Source of the DNA: Bdellovibrionales bacterium
GTDB lineage: Bacteria; Bdellovibrionota; Bdellovibrionia; Bdellovibrionales; JAGQZY01
Assembly (NCBI GenBank): GCA_964230645.1
Contig: CAXRHT010000002.1
Span: 1,856,001 to 1,920,000, forward strand
Direction of reading: 5' to 3'
Length of the DNA: 64,000 nt
This document shows positions 41,771 to 50,898 of this stretch, piece after piece. The stretch's first letter is position 1, and each line of letters begins with the position of its first letter. Position numbers and translations under genes: made by a program. The notes under the pieces are model-generated. The model searched no databases, was not told the origin of the DNA, and saw only the letters and a program-made list of their open reading frames with translations.

Positions 41771-42442
41771 ATGGTCACTCTTCACCATCTTGAGCGCTCA
41801 CGCTCCCACCGTGTTCTTTGGATGCTCGAAGAATTAGGTATTGAATATGAAATTAAAACCTACAAAAGAGATCCGAAGACCCTTCTAGCCCCTGAGAAAT
41901 TAAAAAATATCCATCCCTTGGGAAAATCCCCCGTCATCACTGATGGTGATCGTACGATCGCAGAATCAAGTGTCATTCTTGAATATCTGGTAGAAACCCA
42001 TGGTAACGGACGATTGAGACCACCTAAAGACAAAGAAGAAGACTACTGGAATTATCAGTATTTCTTGCAAGCCGCTGAGGGGAGCTTTATGCCCTACCTC
42101 TTTTTATCTTTTGTTATGAGCCGCCTCTCTAAAGCACCTGTACCTTTAGTAGTTCGCCCCGTTGGCAAAGCTCTGAGTCTTGGTCTTCAGCAAAAGCTAA
42201 TTAATCCAAATCTGAAATCACAGTTCCAGTTTCTCAATCAACATCTAGTGGAAAATACTTGGTTAGCCGGAGATGAGTTTTCCGCCGCTGATATTCAAAT
42301 GAGCTATCCTCTGATGGCAGCAGAATCTCGATCGGACCTAAAAGAGTACCCTAATGTTGTAGACTTTCTGACAAGGCTAAAAAACCGAGATGCCTTTAAT
42401 AAAGCTCTAGACATAGGCGGACCTGTTCAACTGGATCTTTAA
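41771..42442 (+). CDS. Glutathione S-transferase family protein
   Basis: SRSHRVLWMLEELG, HPLGKSPV, AESSVI, FSAADI. Confidence 0.95.
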   Translation: MVTLHHLERSRSHRVLWMLEELGIEYEIKTYKRDPKTLLAPEKLKNIHPLGKSPVITDGDRTIAESSVILEYLVETHGNGRLRPPKDKEEDYWNYQYFLQAAEGSFMPYLFLSFVMSRLSKAPVPLVVRPVGKALSLGLQQKLINPNLKSQFQFLNQHLVENTWLAGDEFSAADIQMSYPLMAAESRSDLKEYPNVVDFLTRLKNRDAFNKALDIGGPVQLDL

Positions 42443-42451
42443 CAGCATTTC

Positions 42452-43207
42452 TTAATCTCTTGGATAAATACTATTAATCCCTTTAATATCTTGTCCAGTT
42501 AACGGGACGATCCCTCGTTCATAATCGTAGCTGCGGTAATAACAAGGGTTCATAAAAGATAGCTCATCAACTTTTTCAAAAAATAAAAATTGATCCGATT
42601 GGCTAACAGCCTGCTCACATTGGGAGTCAGGATGATTCGATTCGTGATGAAGACCAACAGCGTGTCCAAACTCATGAATTGCCACTGACTCTAGAAAATT
42701 TTTCCGCCCTTGTGGTGACAGAGATTCATAAACATCAATCGCCACAGGCATTGCAAACTCCATGGTAGGGTTCAATACAAGCAGCGCTTTTTTAGAAGAA
42801 AAAGATTCCATTTGACCATTACCCCAAACACTTAATTTTCGAGGATGAAGATACTCATCAAACCCTAGCAGAAATTTTAAAAAAGAGAGCATATTTCCAT
42901 AACGATCTTTGTCTTTACTAGAAGGGTCATTTCCAAGAAGTACGCTGATGTCATAATATTCATTAGGCCGACATTCTTCCCACGCCTGTGGCAGGTCCAG
43001 GTTCGTCTCAGCAAAAGCATCAAATATAGCCGTCTCCATGCGGATTTGAAAATCACGGTAGTAGTCCGAGTAAAACTCCCAACACACCTTAATCGGTTCA
43101 GGATGGCTCTCTAAGATATGGTTTTCATGGTAAACAAAAGCTTTTGCCGGCCAATGAGGGAGATTTAAAAACAAACTTGTAGCAACAAAAATGAGTATAG
43201 ATTTCAC
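42452..43207 (-). CDS. Secreted metzincin zinc metalloprotease
   Basis: Signal peptide, HEFGHAVGLHHE and Met-turn SFMN. Confidence 0.85.
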   Translation of the reverse strand: MKSILIFVATSLFLNLPHWPAKAFVYHENHILESHPEPIKVCWEFYSDYYRDFQIRMETAIFDAFAETNLDLPQAWEECRPNEYYDISVLLGNDPSSKDKDRYGNMLSFLKFLLGFDEYLHPRKLSVWGNGQMESFSSKKALLVLNPTMEFAMPVAIDVYESLSPQGRKNFLESVAIHEFGHAVGLHHESNHPDSQCEQAVSQSDQFLFFEKVDELSFMNPCYYRSYDYERGIVPLTGQDIKGINSIYPRD

Positions 43208-43366
43208 CGGGTGTTCCTTGATTTAATTGAGTTGAAACAACCCACTTTAATGAATGGAGAAGACCCTGACTATAGGCTCTGAAATATATACTCTATTGTC
43301 ACTAAGCTAACAGCCTGCCTAAGGAGTATGAATGACGCAACTTCATACGAACAACTCTAAAAAAGG

Positions 43367-44680
43367 CTACGTGGCCTGCTCACCGATGATCGATTCAAGC
43401 TCTTCGACCTCTTTGGGGACATCTTGAGTTAAGTTCACAGGCCCTTTTTCACTAATGAGAATGTCATCTTCAATACGCACACCCAGGCCTCTTAGTTCTT
43501 TTGGAGCTGAATCGTCAGTCACTGGCACATAAAGGCCTGGCTCAATGGTATGCACCATATTGGGTTGAAAGGGAACTGGGTCATTGCCATTTTTAGAAAA
43601 ACCAACATCATGGACATCCATACCCAGGTAATGACCGATTCCATGGGGATAGTACTTTAGATAGGTTTTATTCTCGATGATCTCATCAACAGAGCCTTTT
43701 AAAAGTCCAAGATCAATCATTTTCTCCACTAGTAACTCGCAAGAACGCTGATGCATCTCAGGTATGGAATAACCTGGTTTAGATAAAGCGATCAGCTCTT
43801 TTTGTACATCAAGCACCGCTTGATAAATGTCTTTTTGAGCAGAAGTGAATTTTCCATTCACTGGATAGGTTCGGGTAATATCAGCGGTGTAATAATTTTT
43901 CTCTGCACCAGCATCGATTAACAGAAAGTCACCGTCTTGCATCAAACGATTGTTATCTCGGTAGTGAAGAGTGCAGGCATTGGCTCCAGAGGCAATAATC
44001 GAGGAGTAGCCTTCAAAGCTTGCCTCTTGGTTATAAAACGAAAAAAACAAATGAGCCTGTGCTTGCCTTTCATTCATACCAGGCTTCACATTTTTCATTA
44101 CGTTGACATGAGCTTGGGCCGAAAGGCGACAGGCATCCGTTAACCACGTGATCTCATGTTCATCTTTGATCACTCGCATAGGAGCGACCACTTCTTTGGG
44201 ATCAAAAATTGGAAGCTTATTTCGACCTGAGCGACGATCCAATTGCTGGGCTCTGTCTCTAGCATCGAAGATTATGGCGTCTCTAGCTGAATCCTCACCA
44301 ATGGCAAAGTAAAGCTTTTCAGCACCTCTTAATAAATGGGGCAGTTGCTCATCAAGCTCTCCCATTCCAAAGCATTGATCGACTCCAAATTCTTTTTTTG
44401 CCAACTCTTGCCCAAAGCGCTCGCCATCCCAAATTTCAACAGAGGGGTCTTTTTCTCTAACGAATAAAGAATAGCTTTCCTGCTCCCCCGTACGTATCAC
44501 CGCAACACTGGAGGGTTCTTCAAAACCAGTAAAATAGACGAAAGAGCTTTCTGCTCGGAATCGCGCTAAATGACTCTCTTCACCGGAAAAAAACACGTAA
44601 ACCGCGTTTTCACCAAATTGAGCCAATCGCTTTCTTCGGTTTTCAAAAACAGAGTTATCTTTAAATGTTCTAATAGGCAT
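43367..44680 (-). CDS. pepP: Xaa-Pro aminopeptidase
   Basis: LHY, LIDAG, ADITRT, HGIGHYLGMDVHD, TIEPGLY, GVRIEDD. Confidence 0.95.
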   Translation of the reverse strand: MPIRTFKDNSVFENRRKRLAQFGENAVYVFFSGEESHLARFRAESSFVYFTGFEEPSSVAVIRTGEQESYSLFVREKDPSVEIWDGERFGQELAKKEFGVDQCFGMGELDEQLPHLLRGAEKLYFAIGEDSARDAIIFDARDRAQQLDRRSGRNKLPIFDPKEVVAPMRVIKDEHEITWLTDACRLSAQAHVNVMKNVKPGMNERQAQAHLFFSFYNQEASFEGYSSIIASGANACTLHYRDNNRLMQDGDFLLIDAGAEKNYYTADITRTYPVNGKFTSAQKDIYQAVLDVQKELIALSKPGYSIPEMHQRSCELLVEKMIDLGLLKGSVDEIIENKTYLKYYPHGIGHYLGMDVHDVGFSKNGNDPVPFQPNMVHTIEPGLYVPVTDDSAPKELRGLGVRIEDDILISEKGPVNLTQDVPKEVEELESIIGEQAT

Positions 44681-45641
44681 ATTGCTGAGCCATTCCTTTA
44701 ACAAGAGATTTTGATTTGAGCTGACCTTTGCGGATAATGGAGCGCAAGCTATTATAAGAGTTTATTCCTTCGCCTGAAACTGGAATGCGCACAACTTTAT
44801 CCACAATCCCTTGGCTGATTTGTGAGCCTAACGACTTTGTCTGTAAAAGGGCCCAGGCCATTTCTCGATCTTTATTGCGAATTGATTGATCTAGAAGTTC
44901 ATTAGGTCCAGCCACATCCACATAAACAATAAGGTTGGCTCCTTGTTGCCTTAAATAACTGGCAAGCCTTGCCACCGCCGAAAAGTCTGCACCATACCGG
45001 CTTAACTTAAAGTGAGGAGCTGAGGGCCAACAAGTTTTAAGAACACTAATTGCCGATCCTTTAGAGTATATTTCTGACTTCTCGTTTTCGATGTCTAAAG
45101 CAGAACAAGCAAATGGCACGGAACTTTCTGAGAGCTTAGCCCGACCGTAGACTTTTGTGAGGTACGAAGAGAAGTCGCCCACCTGTGGTTGCGTGCCCCC
45201 TGAGAAAAAACCACCGGAGGGTTGAAATTTTTTACCTGGCAATTTTAACAGTTTCCATTCGATGGAGTGAGCCTTTTTATCCATGGCGTAAGCCGCGGCC
45301 ACTATAGCTCCCCACTCGATCCCTGCGATCCCATGAACTTTTATTTTTTGATCTTCTAAGGCCTGTAAAAATCCAATCTGGGCAAAACTAAGGGCCCCTC
45401 CAGGTCCAAGGATTAACCCCAACTTTGGCGCTTCCTTTTCAAGAAACTCGGGCTTTTCAATTTTTGGTTGATTCGGGGGAAGCTCCTTACCCGTTTGTGG
45501 ATCAATCGGACGCGCTTCTCCTTGCTGAGGTTTTTTATTGATTTCGTCTCTGGTTTTAAGACCAAAATTCTGACAACCAGCTAAAATAACCAGAGCCGCG
45601 CTAAACTTTAGAACCTTTAAGTAAAAACTCTTTGTTGCCAT
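44670..45641 (-). CDS. Patatin-like lipoprotein, probably catalytically inactive
   Basis: Lipobox LAGC and LILGPGGALSFAQIG loop. GIEWG replaces the GxSxG motif. Confidence 0.75.
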   Translation of the reverse strand: MATKSFYLKVLKFSAALVILAGCQNFGLKTRDEINKKPQQGEARPIDPQTGKELPPNQPKIEKPEFLEKEAPKLGLILGPGGALSFAQIGFLQALEDQKIKVHGIAGIEWGAIVAAAYAMDKKAHSIEWKLLKLPGKKFQPSGGFFSGGTQPQVGDFSSYLTKVYGRAKLSESSVPFACSALDIENEKSEIYSKGSAISVLKTCWPSAPHFKLSRYGADFSAVARLASYLRQQGANLIVYVDVAGPNELLDQSIRNKDREMAWALLQTKSLGSQISQGIVDKVVRIPVSGEGINSYNSLRSIIRKGQLKSKSLVKGMAQQYAY

Positions 45642-46389
45642 TGTCCCCCTCTATTGGTGAGTCACAATATTCCATCTGTTCTAACGCATTTTGCCTAAAA
45701 ACCCCAAGGATTTTTTCTAAGGCTAGGTTTCGAGACTCCTGGTCTTTAACCACACCTTTTTTATTAAGATCCTTTTTTGAGAGTTCAAACTGGGGCTTTA
45801 CTAGCACGATGAGAGTTCCCCCTTTTTTCAAGTAGTCCAAAAGATTTGGTATGAGTAGAGATAGAGAGATAAAAGAAACATCCACAACGATCAGATCAAA
45901 ACTCTGATCTTGCTCTCCAAAAAAACTTTGGAGTATTGCCTCAGGCAATGGATAGCGGGCATTAATCTTTTCAAAAGCCATTAACTTGTCATTGCTCTGT
46001 AGATCTTTGTGAAGCTGCCCCTGTCCCACATCAATACCCAAAACCTTTTGGACTCCTCTATGTAGAAGTAAATCAGAGAATCCTCCCGTGGAAAGACCCA
46101 CATCGAGTGCGGTCTTCCCTCTTACATCTACCTCAAATGTGTCTAGGGCTTTTTCGAGCTTTAAAGCTCCCTGCGAAACATACTTTAAGAATCCCGTATC
46201 ACGAATTCTAAACTGATTGGGATGTACCTTCTCGAAGTCGAACTTCTGGCCCGGTTTTGTTAATGGGTACCATGATATTTGATCCTCAGAAAACTCGATG
46301 TCACCGGACTGTATAAGTTTTTGAATTTGAGAGCGCGTCCACTGAGGAAACAATTCCAAAAGAATTTGATCGAGTCTTTTCTCACTCAT
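45601..46389 (-). CDS. tlyA: TlyA family rRNA 2'-O-methyltransferase
   Basis: RLDQ, YVSQGALKL, DVGLSTGGF, DVSFISL, KPQFE, GNKEF. Confidence 0.93.
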   Translation of the reverse strand: MSEKRLDQILLELFPQWTRSQIQKLIQSGDIEFSEDQISWYPLTKPGQKFDFEKVHPNQFRIRDTGFLKYVSQGALKLEKALDTFEVDVRGKTALDVGLSTGGFSDLLLHRGVQKVLGIDVGQGQLHKDLQSNDKLMAFEKINARYPLPEAILQSFFGEQDQSFDLIVVDVSFISLSLLIPNLLDYLKKGGTLIVLVKPQFELSKKDLNKKGVVKDQESRNLALEKILGVFRQNALEQMEYCDSPIEGDNGNKEFLLKGSKV

Positions 46390-47210
46390 TTCTGTCGAGA
46401 GATGTTGAAACTTACAAGCTCTTGAATAAGTGGAGTGTTGATCTCAAGGGAGGTTAAATCACCCTCGATCCGTTCACTCAAACTAGCCAAATAATCCTGA
46501 GTTCCCTTTTTCCCAAGAAAACTGATAAAGCTAAGTTCTTCGTTTTCATCTTCGTCTAAAAGGTCATCTTTAATTTGAAAAGCTAAACCCACTTTTTTAC
46601 CAAGGTCTTTCAAGGCTGGGGTGTACTTATTTGCGACAACAGCTGGTCCCTCAAAGGCCATAGAAATCAGACATCCTGTTTTGAGCTCATGCAGTTTTAT
46701 GAGCTGCCCGAGACTTTCAATAGGCTCCCCTTTGCCTAAATCTAAAACCTGCCCCCTGACCATACCGTTAAGTCCACTGGCTTCAGAGAGAAGCTTTACT
46801 AATTCTAAACTATGGGGAGAGACATCAAAGGATAAAACCCGAAAAGCTTCTGTTAAAAGTGAGTCTCCAGCTAAAAGAGCTGTGTCTTCAGAGAACTTAA
46901 TGTGATTTGTGGGTTGTCCTCGTCTTTCATTATCATCATCCATGCAGGGCAAGTCGTCGTGAATCAGCGAGTAGGTATGAATACACTCGATAGCTAAAGC
47001 AAAGGAAATAATATCTTTTGGGGCGACACCGTAGGCATCTGCCACTGCGAAACAAAGCATGGGGCGAAAGCGTTTGCCCCCATTGAAAAAGGAGTATTCA
47101 ATGGAGTCAATTAATAGTGCCACATCTTTAGCTTCCGCTCTTCTGTGGGCAAAATATTCTTTAGCGACGACTTCGAATTCTTCAATTCTTTCCGTTAAGA
47201 TGGGATTCAT
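46386..47210 (-). CDS. ispA: Farnesyl diphosphate synthase / geranyltranstransferase
   Basis: GGKRFRP, SLIHDDLPCMDDD.RRG, FQIKDDLLD. Confidence 0.93.
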   Translation of the reverse strand: MNPILTERIEEFEVVAKEYFAHRRAEAKDVALLIDSIEYSFFNGGKRFRPMLCFAVADAYGVAPKDIISFALAIECIHTYSLIHDDLPCMDDDNERRGQPTNHIKFSEDTALLAGDSLLTEAFRVLSFDVSPHSLELVKLLSEASGLNGMVRGQVLDLGKGEPIESLGQLIKLHELKTGCLISMAFEGPAVVANKYTPALKDLGKKVGLAFQIKDDLLDEDENEELSFISFLGKKGTQDYLASLSERIEGDLTSLEINTPLIQELVSFNISRQK

Positions 47211-47422
47211 TTTTTAAAATCTTCTAGAACAGGTTCACCATCAGCATCAACTCCGACCAACTTCTTCACTTTTTGCTCAGCCTCAGTGAGTTCTTTATTG
47301 CAATCGCGGGATAGTTTGACCCCTTCTTCAAAGAGTTTTAGGGATTCGTCGAGAGAAAGTTCTCCGTTTTCCATTTTTTTAACAATTTCCTCTAAGCGGG
47401 TTAATTTTTTTTCGAAACTCAT
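47207..47422 (-). CDS. xseB: Exodeoxyribonuclease VII small subunit
   Basis: FEKKLTRLEEIV..ME.GELSLDESLKLFEEG. Confidence 0.95.
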   Translation of the reverse strand: MSFEKKLTRLEEIVKKMENGELSLDESLKLFEEGVKLSRDCNKELTEAEQKVKKLVGVDADGEPVLEDFKK

Positions 47423-48945
47423 TTTTTCTCCTTTAATCTATGAGTCTTTACTTCGGCTTCAATAAAGCCATCTCGCAATTCAATTTCAATTTCTTTAGTT
47501 TTTAATTCCGCGCAGTCGGCAACAAGCTCACCTTTAGAGCGAACAATGGCGTAGCCTCTATCGAGAGTACGCAAGGGGCTGAGGCTATCGAGCATTTGGG
47601 AGAATCTCCCCAAATCGCTTTTGTTTTTTTCCATTTTCTTCAAAATTTCTGCTAGCATCCAGCGCCGCAGGTTCTTGTTTTTTTCCTGACTGGCTTGAAC
47701 AAGTTGAAGAGGATTCACCAATCCTCCCTTTAGGGCCTTTACTTGCAACTTAAAGTTGTGGACTTTCCTTAAAGTGGCTTGTTCTAAGCGACCCGTCCAA
47801 TCATCAAGCTTCATAAAACAGTCTTCAACGAACTTGCGAGGATCGAGAAGACGAGTTTTGTTGTACTCGACCTGCTTTTTCCAGTCGGCAATTTTTTGAA
47901 ACATGAGAAGACGAAGAGATTTACTAAAAAACTTTAATTTTTCGAAAAGCTCCTCTTCACTTTTTGCGACCACTTCCGCGGCGGCTGAAGGTGTCGGAGC
48001 TCTCATATCAGCCACAAAATCAGAAATGGTAAAATCAATCTCGTGACCAACGGCTGAGATAATGGGAAGCTTTGATTGATGGATGGCACGAGCAACCACT
48101 TCTTCGTTAAAACACCAAAGATCTTCAATAGACCCGCCCCCACGGCCAACAATTAAAACGTCAAAACCACCCACTTTATTGGCAAGCTCAATTCCTCTTA
48201 CTATTTCTGCGGCAGCACCTTCTCCTTGTACTCGAGCAGGAATGACGGTCACCGAAACTCTTTTAGAGCGCCTTTCTAATACATTCAGGATGTCTTGGAT
48301 CGCCGCACCTGTTGGAGAAGTCACTACCGCCACACTTTGAGGAAAGGGTGGTATTGGTTTTTTTATTTCTTGTTTGAAAAGACCCTCTTTGTCTAGCTTC
48401 GCTTTTAATTGTTCAAAAGCTTTTTGTAGTGCACCCGCACCAAGAGGTTCCATATGCTCGCAAAAAACCTGGTAATTTCCACGTGGTTCATAAACGGTTA
48501 TTTTTCCCTTTACCAAAACTTCCATACCGCTTTCTGGTTGGAACTTGAGGCGAGAATTAAATCCTCGAAACATGACGGCACTGATTTGGGCCTTGTCGTC
48601 TTTCAAACTAAAATAAAAGTGCCCAGAAGAATGGGCTTTAAAGTTTGAGATCTCCCCTTGAATCCAAAGCTCAGGAAACTTGCCTTCCAAATGTTTTTTG
48701 ATGGCCTTATTTAATTCGGAGACTTTAAAAACGGGCTCTTCTTGCTGCGTTGACGGCTCAGGAGGTACAGAATCATCGAGCTCTGTCTGTAGCTGAAAGC
48801 TTTTCTGTTGCACAGGTGGTTTGGATTTTGGTGGTGGTTCAGGAGTCTTTCTTTTACGTGTTTCTACAGATTTTTTTTGACTCGGTATTTCACGTAAAAG
48901 GTGGTCCCACCGTCCTTTTGAAGAATTTACGCTTTCATCTGACAT
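47419..48945 (-). CDS. xseA: Exodeoxyribonuclease VII large subunit, with N-terminal extension
   Basis: GEISNF..SGHFYFSLKD, TSPTGAAIQD, GRGGGSIEDLW, SAVGHEID, TPSAAAE. Confidence 0.96.
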   Translation of the reverse strand: MSDESVNSSKGRWDHLLREIPSQKKSVETRKRKTPEPPPKSKPPVQQKSFQLQTELDDSVPPEPSTQQEEPVFKVSELNKAIKKHLEGKFPELWIQGEISNFKAHSSGHFYFSLKDDKAQISAVMFRGFNSRLKFQPESGMEVLVKGKITVYEPRGNYQVFCEHMEPLGAGALQKAFEQLKAKLDKEGLFKQEIKKPIPPFPQSVAVVTSPTGAAIQDILNVLERRSKRVSVTVIPARVQGEGAAAEIVRGIELANKVGGFDVLIVGRGGGSIEDLWCFNEEVVARAIHQSKLPIISAVGHEIDFTISDFVADMRAPTPSAAAEVVAKSEEELFEKLKFFSKSLRLLMFQKIADWKKQVEYNKTRLLDPRKFVEDCFMKLDDWTGRLEQATLRKVHNFKLQVKALKGGLVNPLQLVQASQEKNKNLRRWMLAEILKKMEKNKSDLGRFSQMLDSLSPLRTLDRGYAIVRSKGELVADCAELKTKEIEIELRDGFIEAEVKTHRLKEKK

Positions 48946-48989
48946 GAAAGACAATAAACCAAAAAATAAAGGGAAAAGAAAGAAAAAAC

Positions 48990-49160
48990 TCGTCCTGTAG
49001 GTGCTAGAGAATCAACGAAATCCGATTTCACCAGGTGGGTGGCCATGATAGCAATTTTAGGCTTCCCGGGTCGGAACCGGGCCTGCTCACCGTCGCCAGG
49101 GACGGCCCCCATTCTATTATCTATAGATTTCTGTTATTCTACAAACGCACCACAGAACTT
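48990..49160 (-). ncRNA. ssrS: 6S RNA
   Basis: Minus strand contains GGTGAGCAGGCCCGGTTCCGACCCGGGAAGCCTAAAATTGC...CACCCACCTG, resembling the E. coli 6S apical region (GGTGAGCATGCTCGGTCCGTCCGAGAAGCCTTAAAACTGC, recalled). The ends pair into a long rod (GTTCTGT/ACAGGAC, GGTGC/GCACC, AGAAT/ATTCT, GAAATCT/GGATTTC) with a central bubble. A U-rich tract follows. Confidence 0.85.
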
Positions 49161-49344
49161 AATTCTAAGACTAACAAAAAATACGGATCTCGTCATTTTT
49201 TTTTATAAATCCGAAAAAAATTTGAGACGCAAGGGCTTGATTTTAAGTGTGCAAAAATAAAAACTTGCTTTTTCTTATTGGCCTTGTTCTTGCTATTTTT
49301 TCATCTTATTTAAGTTTTTTTTAATAAATCCCGAAACTTTATCT

Positions 49345-49554
49345 ATGGGTGCTCAACTAGATTTTTATTTTCCTTTTTTGGTCTTCGCTTACGGAACGAT
49401 TATGACTTTCGTCACTCATCTTCCCCTTTCAAAAGACAGATCCAATGGCCCAATCCAGACAGAACTTCTCGAATGGTTTTATAGTCACAAAATTTTAGGT
49501 GTGGTTTGTTTTTTCGTGGGCGGCCTTTGGTCCCTTCAAAAACTTTTTGTCTAA
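49345..49554 (+). CDS. Small 2-TM membrane protein
   Basis: 69-aa ORF with two hydrophobic helices. Confidence 0.6.
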   Translation: MGAQLDFYFPFLVFAYGTIMTFVTHLPLSKDRSNGPIQTELLEWFYSHKILGVVCFFVGGLWSLQKLFV

Positions 49555-49668
49555 ACAGAGGACAGATCTCTTCAAATGCAAAAAAGAGCCTAGACTAGCT
49601 TTTCGGGCCGCTCGAGGGTTTATTAGTCGAGTTTTCCCCGCTTTCGTTTCATTTTGAGGCAGATCAAT

Positions 49669-49696
49669 TTGCGACAATCGCAACCTAATATATAAT
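49669..49696 (+). promoter_or_regulatory. Sigma70-like promoter overlapped by a palindromic operator
   Basis: TTGCGA-N16-TATAAT. The -35 box is half of TTGCGA-CAA-TCGCAA. Confidence 0.5.
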
Positions 49697-49715
49697 TAGA
49701 CTATTCGGGGGAATT

Positions 49716-50582
49716 ATGAAGATTTGTACCTTAGTATTAATACTTTTTAGCAGTAGCCTAGCTTTCAGCCAGTCTGGGGCAACGATGCAAATTCCAATTG
49801 CGGAATATCAGCAAATGCTTATGCAACAAAATAGTGGGCAGGGTTGTCTTCAGAATATGCTTCAACAAGTTAACGATGGAGCCACGCAGGCCTACGAAAT
49901 TCAGCAAAACCAAACAAATAACCTCATGGGAATCGCTGAAAAGTATTACGAGCACGCAAAAACCTGCGACAATGAACTCTATAAACATTTAGACGAATGG
50001 GAAAAAGCGAAACTCGAACACAAAAAGAACAAAAATATGCTTTCCATCAAAATTCGAAGACAAGAGTTAGAGTACCGCAAAGCTCTTCATCAAGTGGAAA
50101 GAGAGTGCGAAGCCAACTCGACAGAGCAGTGGCAAACCTACAAAGAACAAATGTCGTCAGGAATTGACAACAATCCCGTCAATCTTATTGGGAAGAACCA
50201 ACGACTCAACAATATGCGCCCCCTCTTTTATGATGGCTGTATGGCAAAAAACACCACAATCGATCAAATTCAAGATCTTAGTGATGAAATGAAATTGAAC
50301 ATCGAAGAGGTCTATGCTGGTTTTGATAACAGTGTGGACACCATGAGGTCTGTTACTGAAAGGCTCAGAAGAAACCAAGAGCTTTCAGTCAAACAATGCC
50401 TCCAAGGGAGAGAGCAACTCGAATATCAAGAAGCTATGATCCGCAACCAAAATGCAGCCGCTGAATCCCACATGCGTAAACAGAACCTTATGGGTCTACT
50501 CGGAGCCGCCTACACCTGCTTTAATGGCGCCCAACAACAAAGACCCCCAGCTTCAAACGACGCCACTGACTCCTCTCTTTAG
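49716..50582 (+). CDS. Secreted helical Gln-rich, Cys-containing hypothetical protein
   Basis: Signal peptide ending AFS, coiled-coil-like body, 6 Cys in the mature part. Confidence 0.8.
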   Translation: MKICTLVLILFSSSLAFSQSGATMQIPIAEYQQMLMQQNSGQGCLQNMLQQVNDGATQAYEIQQNQTNNLMGIAEKYYEHAKTCDNELYKHLDEWEKAKLEHKKNKNMLSIKIRRQELEYRKALHQVERECEANSTEQWQTYKEQMSSGIDNNPVNLIGKNQRLNNMRPLFYDGCMAKNTTIDQIQDLSDEMKLNIEEVYAGFDNSVDTMRSVTERLRRNQELSVKQCLQGREQLEYQEAMIRNQNAAAESHMRKQNLMGLLGAAYTCFNGAQQQRPPASNDATDSSL

Positions 50583-50613
50583 TTCACATACAACAACTAC
50601 TCACAAATAAGGA

Positions 50614-50783
50614 ACCCCTTTGAAGGCCGTGAGGAATTCGCGGGGGCTCTAACAGAGGTTCGAGCAACGAGCGCTGCGTATCTCGGGGCGCAGCACGAAG
50701 TGATGCGGTCCGGGAGACGAAGTGCACCCGAGTGCGTGCCACTGTCAGAGCCCCCGCGAATTCCTCACGGTCTTCAAAGGGGT
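50614..50783 (+). repeat. Long palindromic element, copy A (42-bp arms plus 86-nt structured core)
   Basis: Arms 50614-50655 and 50742-50783 are 40/42 complementary. Core 50656-50741 is homologous to copy B. Confidence 0.92.
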
Positions 50784-50898
50784 GCCGCCCCGGCCCTACG
50801 ACTTTCATCAAGGCCTCACTGCAATTTAGCCGGTTCTTAAGTCTCTCTCAAAATGTTAGGTGGACTTCTTTTATCTGTTTCCCTAAAATAGGTAAGCT

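Noticed and set aside
48990..49160. SRP RNA or tmRNA interpretation of the GC-rich segment, and ORFs 48927-49112 and 49039-49260
   Set aside because: It lacks the SRP CAGG-GNRA-AGCAG domain and the tmRNA length and tag. The 6S interpretation fits better, and the ORFs are spurious.
50656..50741. Three-hairpin core as a tRNA
   Set aside because: No T-loop (TTCRA) in the right position, no D-loop GG, no 7-nt anticodon loop and no CCA end.
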